In this document: positions 32,683-42,938 of the stretch, in pieces | Position numbering within the stretch: the first letter of the stretch is position 1 | Layout: each line of letters starts with the position of its first letter | Assembly: GCA_965205265.1 (NCBI GenBank) | Contig: CBDBGH010000003.1 | Coordinates: 4,192,001 to 4,256,000, forward strand | DNA: 64,000 bases | Direction: 5' to 3' | Source: Alphaproteobacteria bacterium | GTDB lineage: Bacteria; Pseudomonadota; Alphaproteobacteria; Bin95 | Notes under the pieces: model-generated | The model's database searches: none | Told to the model about the DNA's origin: nothing | The model's input: only the letters and a program-made list of their open reading frames with translations | Position numbers and translations under genes: made by a program

Positions 32683-33980
32683 CAGCGCCGGCCCATGACG
32701 CTGAGATAGTCCCGCGCCAGCGCCTTGCCCCACTCCACCGCCGGCTGGTCGAACGGATCGACGCCGAGCACATGCGCGGCGAGGATCGTTTCCAGCATGA
32801 AGTGCATCATCAGCGCGCCGGCCGCCGTCTCGTCGATGCGCTCCAGATGCAGCTGCCTGACCGGCCGGCCCCGCTCCGCCAGGGTCTCGACGGTGGCCCG
32901 CGCCTCCGCATCCAGCAGGTCGCCCATGCTGCGCCCGGCGAGCCAGGCGAGGCGCTCGTCCTCCACCAGCGCCGGCGGCACGATGCGTCCGCGCCCGGCG
33001 GTCTCGGCCGTCACCACGGTGAAGAGCTTGTCGTCCGGCCCGTCGAGCCAGAGCTGCAGCTGGCTGTGCTGGTCCACCGCGCCGAGCGCGGGCGCGGGCA
33101 GCGTGCCCTTGCCGTCCTTGCCGAGGCTCTCCGCCCAGAGCTGGCGGAACCACATGGCGAAGGGCGCGAGCCGGTCTGCATAGACCGCGAGCACCGCGCT
33201 CCGTCCGGCCCCGGCGCCGCAGGCGGCATTGAGCGCCGCGCCGAGCGCCGGATCGCTGGCGCCGGGCCGGGCGGCGTTCAGGCTCCGGTGCAGGACCAGA
33301 TGCGCGCCCTCGCGAAGCGCGGCCGGGTCGAGGCCGGCGATGACGGCCGGCAACAGGCCGACGGGTGTCAGCGCCGCATAGCGCCCGCCTATGCCGGGGT
33401 CATGGTCGATGACGAAAAATCCCCAGGATTCGGCGAGGCGCCGGAGCGGGCTGGCGCCGGGCTCGACGATCGCGGTCACATGCGGCGCGGCATTCTCGCG
33501 GCCGACGGCGTCCGCCAGCGCCTCTAGGCAGACCAGGCATTGCAGCAGCGTCTCGGCCGTGCCGCCCGACTTGGAAATGACGAGAAAGTCCGTGCGCGCG
33601 AGGTCGAGCGAGCGGAACAGGTGGTCGAAGGTGTGGGGGTCGATATTGTCGAGGAAGTGCAGCCGGGGCGAGTCGCCGCTCGGCCCGAAACCGGAATCGG
33701 CAAGCGCATAGAGCGCCTGCCCGCCGAGGCTGGACCCGCCCGTGCCGAGCACCACGACATCGTCGGCATGTTCGCGGTGGTGTTCGGCCCGCGCCTCGAT
33801 CATGGCGAGATCGCCCTGGGACTCGGCCACGCGCAGCAGCGCCAGGCTGCCGTCGTCATGGGCGCGCCTGAGCGCCGCCAGCCCCTCGCCCGCCGCCGCG
33901 AGCGCACGCTCGAAAGCCGCGCTTCCGGTGACCGGGGCACAGCGCGACAGGTCCTGGCGGTAGGGGAGGTCGCCCAGCAC
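32682..33980 (-). CDS. pgi: Glucose-6-phosphate isomerase
   Basis: [52 protein letters not shown]. Confidence 0.93.
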   Translation of the reverse strand: MLGDLPYRQDLSRCAPVTGSAAFERALAAAGEGLAALRRAHDDGSLALLRVAESQGDLAMIEARAEHHREHADDVVVLGTGGSSLGGQALYALADSGFGPSGDSPRLHFLDNIDPHTFDHLFRSLDLARTDFLVISKSGGTAETLLQCLVCLEALADAVGRENAAPHVTAIVEPGASPLRRLAESWGFFVIDHDPGIGGRYAALTPVGLLPAVIAGLDPAALREGAHLVLHRSLNAARPGASDPALGAALNAACGAGAGRSAVLAVYADRLAPFAMWFRQLWAESLGKDGKGTLPAPALGAVDQHSQLQLWLDGPDDKLFTVVTAETAGRGRIVPPALVEDERLAWLAGRSMGDLLDAEARATVETLAERGRPVRQLHLERIDETAAGALMMHFMLETILAAHVLGVDPFDQPAVEWGKALARDYLSVMGRR

Positions 33981-33997
33981 CGTCAGCGCCCCTCAGG

Positions 33998-34519
33998 CTA
34001 GCGGCGCTGGATCGTCGGCGTTTCGCCCTCGGTCGGCGGCTTGCCGAGCGCGGCGTTCTCCCGGAGCCGCTTGCTCTCCGCTTCCGCATCCACGACGCTC
34101 GCATGGCTCTTGCGGTCTTCCCAGAAGATCAGGTCGTCGAGCAGCCGACGGTTCTTTTCGGCGATCTCGGCGGTTTCCTCGTCGATGCGCCGGCGGAAAC
34201 TGCTGTCGACCTGGGCGCCGCCCACCTTCGAGAGCAGCGCCGACTCGCCTGCCGACCGCGCCCCCGCGCCGCCGGCCGTCCCGCCCGTCAGGGCCTGCTT
34301 GGCGCTCTCGCGCGGCGCAACCTGCTGCGGGCGCACCGCGCCGGGGTCGGGCGGGCGAAGGCGGTAGTCGGGCGGCAGGGTGAGCGGCGCATGGCTCTGG
34401 ACCTGGAATTCGTCCGGCCCCTCGCGTTCGAGGCCGAGGGTCCGGGCCACGTCGCAGGCGCCGAGCGCAAACGCCGCGCCCGCAAGCAGTGCCATCGTCC
34501 GGATCGTCATGCGCTTCAT
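33998..34519 (-). CDS. DUF3035-family lipoprotein
   Basis: Lipobox LGAC; PDEFQV...PLTLPPDYRLRPP; located next to lspA. Confidence 0.8.
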   Translation of the reverse strand: MKRMTIRTMALLAGAAFALGACDVARTLGLEREGPDEFQVQSHAPLTLPPDYRLRPPDPGAVRPQQVAPRESAKQALTGGTAGGAGARSAGESALLSKVGGAQVDSSFRRRIDEETAEIAEKNRRLLDDLIFWEDRKSHASVVDAEAESKRLRENAALGKPPTEGETPTIQRR

Positions 34520-35001
34520 CCCTTCCCGCCGCCGGTTTCTCCGGCCCGCCGGCCGCGCCCGAACAGGGTTTCGAACAACAGCATGGCGACGCCGACGGTG
34601 ATCGCGGAATCGGCCAGATTGAAGGCATACCAGTGCCAGCCGCCGATATGGAAGTCAAGGAAGTCCACCACCGCGCCGCGCGTCAGCCGGTCGAGGATAT
34701 TGCCGGCGGCGCCGCCGGCCACGGCGCCGAGCGCAAGCGCCTCGAACCGCCGGTCGGAGCGCAGCATCCACACGACCAGAACGACCGCCACCGCCGCCGC
34801 GATCGCCGCCAGCAGGAGCGGGCCGGCCGCCCCGAACAGGCCGAAGCTCACCCCCCGGTTCCAGACCAGCACGATATCCAGGAACGGCAGGACCTCGACC
34901 GGCAGGCCCGCATGGGCCGCCAGCACCCAGAGCTTGGTCGCCTGGTCCGCAGCGAAGACGGCGGCGGCGGCGGCCAGCCCCCAGACCCGCGGCCCACTCA
35001 T
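34516..35001 (-). CDS. lspA: Lipoprotein signal peptidase
   Basis: DQATK, WNRGVSFG, GNILDR, VVDFLD, AFNLAD. Confidence 0.95.
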   Translation of the reverse strand: MSGPRVWGLAAAAAVFAADQATKLWVLAAHAGLPVEVLPFLDIVLVWNRGVSFGLFGAAGPLLLAAIAAAVAVVLVVWMLRSDRRFEALALGAVAGGAAGNILDRLTRGAVVDFLDFHIGGWHWYAFNLADSAITVGVAMLLFETLFGRGRRAGETGGGKG

Positions 35002-35003
35002 GC

Positions 35004-35443
35004 GGCCGGTGGCCTGTGGTTAGTGGCCAGTGAATGGTGGATAGCGGCCCCGCATTGTCCTCCTTCGCCGCATTTGCGGAGGAGGCCGGGTAACGGGTCC
35101 CCGATACCGGGATGCCCGGTACAGGACTCATGCTGGAGGTATTGCGTTATCCCCCCTCCCGCTCTGCGGGAGGGGCCGGGGGAGGGTCTCTCGGCGCGAC
35201 GGGCCTTTGCCGGCCTTCGCCTGCCGTCACGTCGAACGCGGCGAACGTTACGAATGGCGGCGCCCGCGCCGCCGCTTCCGCTGGCGCGGAAGCGGGCCCC
35301 CACCCGGCCTCCCCCGCAAGCGGGGGAGGAGGACTTCGGCGGCAGCCGGAACGGGTTCCAATCGACGGTCGTCGGCATTGCCCCGACCCCCATCACCGGA
35401 CGGGAGAGGGAGACCGCTATCCACTGGCCACCGGCCACTGCCT
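35004..35443. repeat. Nested inverted REP/MITE-like element between ileS and lspA
   Basis: Heptamer arrays ending in GGATAGCG, inverted at both ends, enclosing inverted CCCC(T)CCC..GCGGG(G)AGG palindromes. Confidence 0.6.
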
Positions 35444-38251
35444 TCAGGCAGCCGCTTCCGGCGGCGGCGGGCGGATCGCGTCGGCGCAGCGCCCGCAGAT
35501 ATCCGCGCCCGCCTTGCCCACATCCGGCAGGCGGCGCCAGCAGCGGGCGCAGCGTTCGTCCCCGGAGGCGCGGGGCAGAACCGCCACGCCCTCCACCTCT
35601 TCCAGCCGGAAGGCGTCGGCAGGCGGCTCGCCCTCGCCGAAGGCCAAGGTCGAGACGATGGCGATCTCCGCGAGGTCGAGGCCCTCGAGCGCCGCCCGGC
35701 GCTCCGGGGCGAGCCAGACCACGGGCGCGGCCTCGAGGCCCGAGCGCATGCGCTTGGCGGCGCGCTCGCGTTCGATCGCCCCCGTCACCACCCGCCTGAC
35801 GGCGCGGACATCCGCCCAGCGGGCCGCCAGCGCCTCGTCCCGCCAGTCTTCCGGCACTTCGGGGAACTGGCGCAGATGCACGGACTCGCCCGCGGCGTCG
35901 CCGTGGCGCGCAAGCCAGGCTTCCTCGGCGGTGAAGCAGAGGATGGGCGCGGTCCAGGCGGTCAGGCAGTCGAACAGCAGGTCGAGCACGGTCCGGGCCG
36001 ACCGGCGCGCGAGGCTCGATGCCGGATCGCAATAGAGCACGTCCTTGCGGATATCCAGATAGAAGGCCGAAAGGTCCACGGCGCAGAAATTGTGCAGCGC
36101 CGTCCACATGGCGTGGAAGTCGTAGTCCTCGATGGCGCGGCGCACCAGCCGGTCGAGCTCCCGGAGCCGGTGCAGCACCCAGCGCTCCAACTCCGGCATG
36201 TCGGCGGGCGCCACGCGCTCGGCCGCATCGAAGCCCGAGAGATTGCCGAGCAGGTAGCGCAGCGTGTTGCGGATGCGCCGGTAGAGCTCCGCCTGGTGCT
36301 TCAGGATGTTCTCGCCGATGCGTAGGTCGTCGGAATAGTCGGCCGAGACCGTCCAGATGCGCAGGATGTCGGCGCCGTAGCGGTCGATGACCTCCTGCGG
36401 GGCGGTCACATTGCCGAGCGATTTCGACATTTTGCGCCCGTCCTCGTCGAGCACGAAACCGTGCGTCAGCACGGTGTCGAAGGGCGCGCGGCCGCGGGTG
36501 CCGGCGGCCTCCAGCAGCGAGGAATGGAACCAGCCCCGGTGCTGGTCGGAGCCTTCGAGATAGAGCGAGGCCGGCCAGCGCTGGGTCTCGTTGCCCTCCA
36601 GCACGAAGGCGTGGGTCGAGCCCGAGTCGAACCACACTTCCACAATGTCCTGCACCTGGTCCCAGTCTTCCGGGTCGCGGCCGGGGCCGAGGAAATGCGA
36701 GGCCGGCAGCTCGAACCAGGCGTCGCCGCCGCGCTCGCGGAAGGCGGCGAGCACCCGCTCGTTGACCGCCTCGTCGCGCAGGACCTCCCCGGTTTCCCGG
36801 TGGGTGAACACCGGGATCGGCACCCCCCAGGCGCGCTGGCGGGAGACGCACCAGTCCGGCCGGCCCTCGATCATGGAGCCGAGCCGGCGGCGCCCGCTTT
36901 CCGGCACGAAGCGGGTCTCGGCGACGGCCCTGAGCGCCTTGTCGCGCAGCCCGTTGGTCTCCATGGAGATGAACCACTGCGTCGTCGCGCGGAAGATGAG
37001 CGGCGCGCGCGAGCGCCAGGAATGCGGATAGCTGTGCTGCAGCTTGCCTTGGCCCAGCAGCGCGCCCGCCCCTTCCAGCGCGGCGATGACGGCCTCGTCC
37101 GCTCCGCCCGGCCTGCCCTCGGCCGTCAGCACGCGCGCGCCCGCGAAATGCGGCACATGGCTGCGATAGACGCTGTCGCCGTCGAGATAGTCGGTGACCT
37201 CGAGGCCGTTGGCGGTGCCGAGGTTGAAGTCGTCCGCGCCGTGGCCGGGCGCGATATGCACCACGCCCGTGCCCTGGTCCATGGTGACGAAATCGGCGGC
37301 CATGACCGGCGATTCCGTGGTGTAGCCGAGCGATGCCAGCGGATGCGCGGCGACCGCACCCACGAGCTCCGCCCCCTTGCAGCGTCCGAGCACCTCATGG
37401 TCCTCGAAGCCGCAATCCGCGAGGAAGGCGCCGAGCCTCTCCTCGGCGACGATCAGCGCGTCCTCGCGGTCCGGCACGGCGACGCGCACATAGTCCGCCC
37501 CGGCCGCCACGGCGAGGCCGCGATTGCCGGGAATCGTCCAGGGCGTGGTCGTCCAGATGACGAGCGCGGCCGGCCCGTCCAGGCCGCGCAGCACCGGCAT
37601 GGCGACATGGATCCAGGGCGAGACATGGTCGTGATACTCGACCTCGGCGTCGGCGAGCGCGGTCTTCTCCGCGACCGACCAGAGCACCGGCTTCATGCCC
37701 CGGTAGAGGCCTCCGTTCATGACATAGCGGCAGATTTCGCCGGCGATCGCCGCCTCCGCCCCGTTGGACATGGTGGTGTAGTAGTTGTCCCAGTCGCCGA
37801 GCACGCCCAGGCGCTTGAACTCCTCGCGCTGGGTGTCGATCCAGAGCGCGGCGAACTCGCGGCATTCGCGGCGGAACTCGAGGATCGGCACCGCGTCCTT
37901 GTCGCGGCCGCCGGCGCGGTAGTCCTCCTCGACCTTCCACTCGATCGGCAGGCCGTGGCAGTCCCAGCCGGGGATGTAGTGGGCGTCCATGCCGGTCATC
38001 TGCCGGCTGCGGTTGATGACGTCCTTCAGGATCTTGTTGAGCGCATGGCCGATATGCAGGTGGCCGTTCGCATAGGGCGGGCCGTCATGGAGGATGAACT
38101 TCTCGCGCCCGCGTGCGTCCTCGCGCTGGCGGGCGAACAGGTCCCCGGCCTCCCAGCGGGCCAGGATCTGCGGCTCGCGCGCAGCGAGGCCGGCGCGCAT
38201 CGGGAAATCCGTCTTCGGCAGGAAGACGGTGTCGCGGTAATCCTGGGTCAT
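35444..38251 (-). CDS. ileS: Isoleucyl-tRNA synthetase
   Basis: HDGPPYANG.LHIGH, GWDCHGLPIE, WTTTPWT, EGSDQHRGWF, KMSKS, C-terminal zinc finger. Confidence 0.98.
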   Translation of the reverse strand: MTQDYRDTVFLPKTDFPMRAGLAAREPQILARWEAGDLFARQREDARGREKFILHDGPPYANGHLHIGHALNKILKDVINRSRQMTGMDAHYIPGWDCHGLPIEWKVEEDYRAGGRDKDAVPILEFRRECREFAALWIDTQREEFKRLGVLGDWDNYYTTMSNGAEAAIAGEICRYVMNGGLYRGMKPVLWSVAEKTALADAEVEYHDHVSPWIHVAMPVLRGLDGPAALVIWTTTPWTIPGNRGLAVAAGADYVRVAVPDREDALIVAEERLGAFLADCGFEDHEVLGRCKGAELVGAVAAHPLASLGYTTESPVMAADFVTMDQGTGVVHIAPGHGADDFNLGTANGLEVTDYLDGDSVYRSHVPHFAGARVLTAEGRPGGADEAVIAALEGAGALLGQGKLQHSYPHSWRSRAPLIFRATTQWFISMETNGLRDKALRAVAETRFVPESGRRRLGSMIEGRPDWCVSRQRAWGVPIPVFTHRETGEVLRDEAVNERVLAAFRERGGDAWFELPASHFLGPGRDPEDWDQVQDIVEVWFDSGSTHAFVLEGNETQRWPASLYLEGSDQHRGWFHSSLLEAAGTRGRAPFDTVLTHGFVLDEDGRKMSKSLGNVTAPQEVIDRYGADILRIWTVSADYSDDLRIGENILKHQAELYRRIRNTLRYLLGNLSGFDAAERVAPADMPELERWVLHRLRELDRLVRRAIEDYDFHAMWTALHNFCAVDLSAFYLDIRKDVLYCDPASSLARRSARTVLDLLFDCLTAWTAPILCFTAEEAWLARHGDAAGESVHLRQFPEVPEDWRDEALAARWADVRAVRRVVTGAIERERAAKRMRSGLEAAPVVWLAPERRAALEGLDLAEIAIVSTLAFGEGEPPADAFRLEEVEGVAVLPRASGDERCARCWRRLPDVGKAGADICGRCADAIRPPPPEAAA

Positions 38252-38317
38252 GGGGGTTCGCCGTTTGCCGGGTCGCTGGGGAATGGGCGCCGCCGGATTG
38301 CGGGCGCCCCGGAAGCC

Positions 38318-38734
38318 TCAGTCCGACCGGTGCATGCGCTCGCTCCGCTCATGGCGCTCCTGCGCCTGGATGGAGAGCGTCGCGATCGGCCGGGCTTCCA
38401 GCCGGCCGAGGTCTATAGGTTCGTCGGTCTGCTCGCAATAGCCGTATGTGCCCTCGTCGATCCGCCTGAGCGCCTGGTCGATCTTGGCGATCAGCTTGCG
38501 CGCCCGGTCCCGCGTGCGGAGCGCCAGGCGCTTGTCGGTCTCGAGCGAAGCGCGCTCGCCGTCATCCGCCACCCGGAGGCTTTCGCTCTGGAGCTGGTGT
38601 ACGGTCTCGGAGGAGTCCCGGATCAGGCGGTCCTTCCAGTCGAGCAGCTTCAGCCGGAAATATTCCTGCTGCAACGGGTTCATGAAATCTTCGCTTCTGG
38701 AAGGCCTATAGTCGGGAGGCAGCGAAACCCCCAT
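38318..38734 (-). CDS. dksA: RNA polymerase-binding protein DksA
   Basis: FMNP.QQEYFR, D.GERAS.E, LRTRDR.RKL, GTYGYCE, RLEARPIATLSI.AQERHE. Confidence 0.93.
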   Translation of the reverse strand: MGVSLPPDYRPSRSEDFMNPLQQEYFRLKLLDWKDRLIRDSSETVHQLQSESLRVADDGERASLETDKRLALRTRDRARKLIAKIDQALRRIDEGTYGYCEQTDEPIDLGRLEARPIATLSIQAQERHERSERMHRSD

Positions 38735-38891
38735 GGAACACCCCGCACATTTCCGCCGACGGGCCGGAAGCTACACGGGCGCGCCCCGGTGAGTCAACGC
38801 CGTTGGCGGCCGGCGGCCGGTGGATAGCGCCCGGCCCTCGCGAAAGCGGAGGCCGCCCGGCCCGAATAGCGCCGCCCCGGCCCAAAATGGT

Positions 38892-39006
38892 GTCGCCCCG
38901 GCCCCCGAGCGGGGCCTCCTCCGAGCGGCGCGGCCGGTACCTCCCGCGGCGGGCGGCGGCGCCGCAGGGAGACCCCGACTCTGCGCTCCGCTCCGGCCGG
39001 GGTGAC
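38892..39006. repeat. REPIN-like inverted pair of GTC(G/A)CCCCGGCC palindromic repeats
   Basis: gtcgccccggcccccgagcggggcc faces the reverse complement of gtcaccccggccggagcggagcgcagagtcggggtc. Confidence 0.5.
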
Positions 39007-39379
39007 GCAAAGAGGCCCCGGCCAGCCCAAAGAGCGTCGCTCCGGCCCGCGGCCCGTCTCGCAATCGTTCTTCACTTGTCAAACAGCGATGCCGCGCCGT
39101 TGCCGGCGCGAGCGGATAGTCCCGACCGTCCCGGACGGCCGCTCCCGTCCGCCGGCGTCGATGTCAGCCGACCGTACGCCGGCGTCTTTTTCGTCTTCAA
39201 ATCTTCCAACTTCGGTGCGGCGGCCCCTCGCGCCGGGCGCACCTCGCCTGTCCTGAGACAAGCGATTTCCGGAGTCGGCCGCGGCATCGGGAGGGCGCGG
39301 CCGCTCCGTTACCCGAACCTGTCCCTGGCTGCCCGCATGGCCTCACTCCTCCGGGCCGTTCCGGCCCTGTATATGGCCC

Positions 39380-39407
39380 AATATAGATCTATTTTCCTAT
39401 ATGTCAA
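39380..39407 (-). promoter_or_regulatory. Sigma70-like promoter overlapped by a dyad
   Basis: Minus strand TTGACA-N16-TATATT in an AT-rich patch; inverted repeat ATATAG-N10-CTATAT at 39381-39402. Confidence 0.55.
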
Positions 39408-39505
39408 GCTCAATAGAGAACATTTTTGAATATCCAGCAAATCCAAGAGCTTGCAGGCACGCATCCCGGCCCCTTCCTTGCAATCCCGTGTCATGCCCGT
39501 CGCGG

Positions 39506-41377
39506 TCAAGGCCGATCCAAAGCCTCCGCCACGTCCCGCCAATGTGGAAACAAAGGCAAGCAACAAAGGTGAAAAACGAACCAGCACGCATAGACGGCAT
39601 CCGCATCATGACACGCGTCGTCAAACATCGAACCGTGCACGACCTGATTTCTGAGCGCAGGTCCACCACGAAAATTGAACAGGTTGTCGATCTCGAAAAC
39701 AATTGCCGGGCCGAAGATTTTTTCAAGCGCCTCCCGCTCATTATCGAGCAAGCCCGATAGGGAGCGGTTTTCCTGCGTCATGTTGTTATGAATTACCGAA
39801 GGGTCGATGCCATGTTGCTTCAGAACATATCGGAGAGAATTTTCGAGTTGCGGGACAAGAATATGCAGCGCCGATATGAAATCTCCCCCGAAGAAGCGAG
39901 CGAAACCCAATGCGAAAATATTTGCCCTGTTTTCGGGCACAAACGGGCTCATCTCTGCGATGGGGAAGAAATCTCTTTGATCCAACGGGTGTTCAATCTG
40001 GATCACCCACCTTGCTGGATCGATCTGTCCCTGTGCAACCAAGTTACGGCGTATGCCCTCATTACCGACAATTATGTGTCGAAGCGTAAGCGCACCATCT
40101 TCGTCATCACCAAGGATTCCGGGAGAAGTGGTGACTACCTTTCCTTCGTCATCGACTATCTGATGTGACATTATGCTGGACAAGGGATTTTCGTTTGTCT
40201 GCTTTCGCGCGGCCTCGCTCAGCGAATCCGGATCCGGAGATTTCTCCAGTGTGGCGAATCCAGCGAGCGCCTGTGCCAGACTCATACCGGCCACACGCCG
40301 TCGCGCATGGGTAACGTAGTCGGTCAAATCGATTTCAGTGGATACAGCACCCATTTCATCGAGAATTCCCGCCTGCGCTGCCAGAAGCGCCGTTTCCAAC
40401 TCCTGACGCCTATGGCCGGTATTGGGCACTCGCCTGAGCTCGGCAATCGCATCCATTAGGTGCTTCGCTGCGATCATTCCCCTGCCACCAGCGCCTTCAG
40501 CCATCGTGGCCAGGCATTCCGCTGCGGCGACAAGGCATTGGTCACGCCTTGGACCGTTTCCGGATTGCCCATATGCAGAGGCTGCCAATTTCAATAGGTC
40601 GCGCGACGACCGCGGGTGCGCTGTTTTCGACGACGCCCGAACTTCAGCGCGTTCGGCAATCATAATTGGATCGCCAATGCCAAAACGTAAAGAGATTTTA
40701 CCAATATCCAAAAACCCTTTATCGGCGTTGCGATTGAGGGTGTCGTCAAGGATAACTTGCATCAATCTCTTCAAAGATGACGATTCCGGTTCCTTCCAAC
40801 CGGTCGCTTGGGCAATTTGGCATGCGCGAAGAAGCATATCACAACCATCAGAGTCGATCGCAAGTCGATTCCCATTGAAAAATTCCGCTTTTCCATCGAA
40901 AACTAGTTGAACAGATTGACAATATGAGCCGATGGCCAGCTGCGCCATATAGGGTAATGCGCGATTGTTGATCCAAGCAATATCGGCCAATCGAGCACGG
41001 AGGCCGGGATTTCGTATAGTGGGTACAATCTCGGCAAAGACACTGGATTGATCGCCTCTGAGATCAGCAGGAATAATACCCCTCTTGCCATTCATAACGA
41101 ACATAGGACCGTAAGGTTCCGCCCCATCGTTGGGTTTGAAATGTATATTGGTAACGGCAGTCAGAAACTCAAACACTTGGGCTGCAGACTCGTTTCCGTT
41201 TTCTGTTTGTTTAGCGGCAGCGGTCTTGTAGAGGTCAGCTAGGGTCCAACAGTCCACATTGTTACTGTCGCGTATCGGGGCCTCGAAGTCTGCGGCGATA
41301 AAGTCATCCTTGGTGACGAGGGTAAGGCTCTGCGTCGAATCGGTACCTCGTGCCTCCTCGTCTGCATCTTCTGTCAC
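39506..41377 (-). CDS. DUF4209-like protein with C-terminal HEPN motif
   Basis: ALHILVPQLENSLR and GGPALRNQVVHG (RxxxxH); visibly lower GC than its flanks. Confidence 0.72.
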   Translation of the reverse strand: MTEDADEEARGTDSTQSLTLVTKDDFIAADFEAPIRDSNNVDCWTLADLYKTAAAKQTENGNESAAQVFEFLTAVTNIHFKPNDGAEPYGPMFVMNGKRGIIPADLRGDQSSVFAEIVPTIRNPGLRARLADIAWINNRALPYMAQLAIGSYCQSVQLVFDGKAEFFNGNRLAIDSDGCDMLLRACQIAQATGWKEPESSSLKRLMQVILDDTLNRNADKGFLDIGKISLRFGIGDPIMIAERAEVRASSKTAHPRSSRDLLKLAASAYGQSGNGPRRDQCLVAAAECLATMAEGAGGRGMIAAKHLMDAIAELRRVPNTGHRRQELETALLAAQAGILDEMGAVSTEIDLTDYVTHARRRVAGMSLAQALAGFATLEKSPDPDSLSEAARKQTNENPLSSIMSHQIVDDEGKVVTTSPGILGDDEDGALTLRHIIVGNEGIRRNLVAQGQIDPARWVIQIEHPLDQRDFFPIAEMSPFVPENRANIFALGFARFFGGDFISALHILVPQLENSLRYVLKQHGIDPSVIHNNMTQENRSLSGLLDNEREALEKIFGPAIVFEIDNLFNFRGGPALRNQVVHGSMFDDACHDADAVYACWFVFHLCCLPLFPHWRDVAEALDRP

Positions 41378-41438
41378 CTGTCATTTCCTCGTGGAATGAA
41401 CAACGACCCCAACATCTATGCCGGTAAGGAAGCCACCC

Positions 41439-42938
41439 TTACCCCGCCGGCCGCCACCGCAGCACCGGCTTGCGTGCCGCCTGGGTTTCGTCCAGCCGGC
41501 GCCTGGGCGCGTGGAACGGAGCCTCGGTCAGCGGGGCGCCGTTGTGGGCGCGTTCGGCGAGGCCGCGCATGATGGCGATGAAGCGGTCGAGGCTGGCGCG
41601 GGTCTCCGTTTCCGTCGGCTCGACCAGCATGGCGCCGTGGACCACCAGCGGGAAATAGACCGTCATCGGGTGCAGCCCCTCGTCGATCATCGCCTTGGCG
41701 ATGTCGAGCGTGGAAACGCCCGTGTCGCGGAGCGCGCGGTCGTCGAACAGCGCCTCGTGCATGGCGGGACCGGAATGGGCGAAGGGCGCGGAATAGACGT
41801 CCTCCAGCCGGCGCAGCAGGTAGTTCGCGTTCAGCACCGCATCGCCCGAGACCTGCCGCAGCCCGTCCGCGCCGTGGCTCATCATGTAGGCGAGCGCGCG
41901 CACGAACATGCCCATCTGGCCGTGGAAGGCCTTCATCCGCCCGAAGGCCCGGCCGTCCGCCTCCTCCAGCCGCAGGACCCCGTCTTCCTCGACGATGCGC
42001 GGCACCGGCGCGTAGGGCGCCAGCGCCTCGGAGAACACCACGGGCCCCGAGCCCGGCCCGCCGCCGCCATGCGGGGTCGAGAAGGTCTTGTGCAGGTTGA
42101 TGTGCATGGCATCGACGCCGAGGTCTCCCGGCCGGACCCGCCCGACAATGGCGTTGAAATTCGCCCCGTCGCAATAGAAGTAGCCGCCCGCGGCGTGTAC
42201 CGCGTCGGCAATGCGGCGGATGTCGTTCTCGAACACGCCGCAGGTGTTGGGGTTGGTGAGCATGACGGCGGCCACGCTACCCTCGCCGGCCAGCGCCTCG
42301 AAGCGTTCCGGATCGACGCGGCCGCGTTCGTCCTCCGGGATCGAAACGACCTCGAAGCCGAGCGCCGCAGCGGTGGCCGGGTTGGTGCCATGCGCGGAAT
42401 CCGGCACCAGCACGCGCCTGCGGTCCGCATTCGCCGCCCCGCCCGCCTCCAGCGCAGCCCGGATCGCCATCATGCCGCAGAGCTCGCCATGCGCGCCCGC
42501 GCCGGGCGTCAGCGCCACGCCCGGCATGCCGGTCAGCATCGAGAGCCAGCGCTGCACCTCCCGGCAGAGCGCCAGCGCCCCCTGCACCGTGCTCTCCGGC
42601 TGGAGGGGGTGGATGTCCGCGAAGCCGGGCAGCCGCGCCATGCGCTCGTTCAGGCGCGGATTGTGCTTCATCGTGCAGGAGCCGAGCGGGAAGAGGCCCG
42701 TGTCGATGCCGTAGTTCTTCTGCGAGAGCCGCGTGTAGTGCCGCACGACCGTAGGCTCCGCCAGGCTCGGCAGCCCGATGGGGCCGGAGCGCGCCAGGCC
42801 GCCCAACCGGTCGGGGCCCGCATCCGCCTCCGGCCAGTCCACGCCCAGCGCGCCCGGGCTGTCCTGCTCGAAGATCAGAGGCTCCTCGATGCTGAGCCCG
42901 TAATCGCCGGAGACCGTGTCGCGGGAGTTGCCGGTCAT
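41439..42938 (-). CDS. gcvPB: Glycine dehydrogenase subunit 2
   Basis: [46 protein letters not shown]. Confidence 0.96.
   Translation of the reverse strand: MTGNSRDTVSGDYGLSIEEPLIFEQDSPGALGVDWPEADAGPDRLGGLARSGPIGLPSLAEPTVVRHYTRLSQKNYGIDTGLFPLGSCTMKHNPRLNERMARLPGFADIHPLQPESTVQGALALCREVQRWLSMLTGMPGVALTPGAGAHGELCGMMAIRAALEAGGAANADRRRVLVPDSAHGTNPATAAALGFEVVSIPEDERGRVDPERFEALAGEGSVAAVMLTNPNTCGVFENDIRRIADAVHAAGGYFYCDGANFNAIVGRVRPGDLGVDAMHINLHKTFSTPHGGGGPGSGPVVFSEALAPYAPVPRIVEEDGVLRLEEADGRAFGRMKAFHGQMGMFVRALAYMMSHGADGLRQVSGDAVLNANYLLRRLEDVYSAPFAHSGPAMHEALFDDRALRDTGVSTLDIAKAMIDEGLHPMTVYFPLVVHGAMLVEPTETETRASLDRFIAIMRGLAERAHNGAPLTEAPFHAPRRRLDETQAARKPVLRWRPAG

Noticed and set aside
39401-39760. 119-aa plus-strand ORF and a possible LexA box (GAAC...GAAT)
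   Set aside because: The ORF overlaps the HEPN gene in antisense and has no motifs, and the box spacing does not fit GAAC-N7-GAAC.
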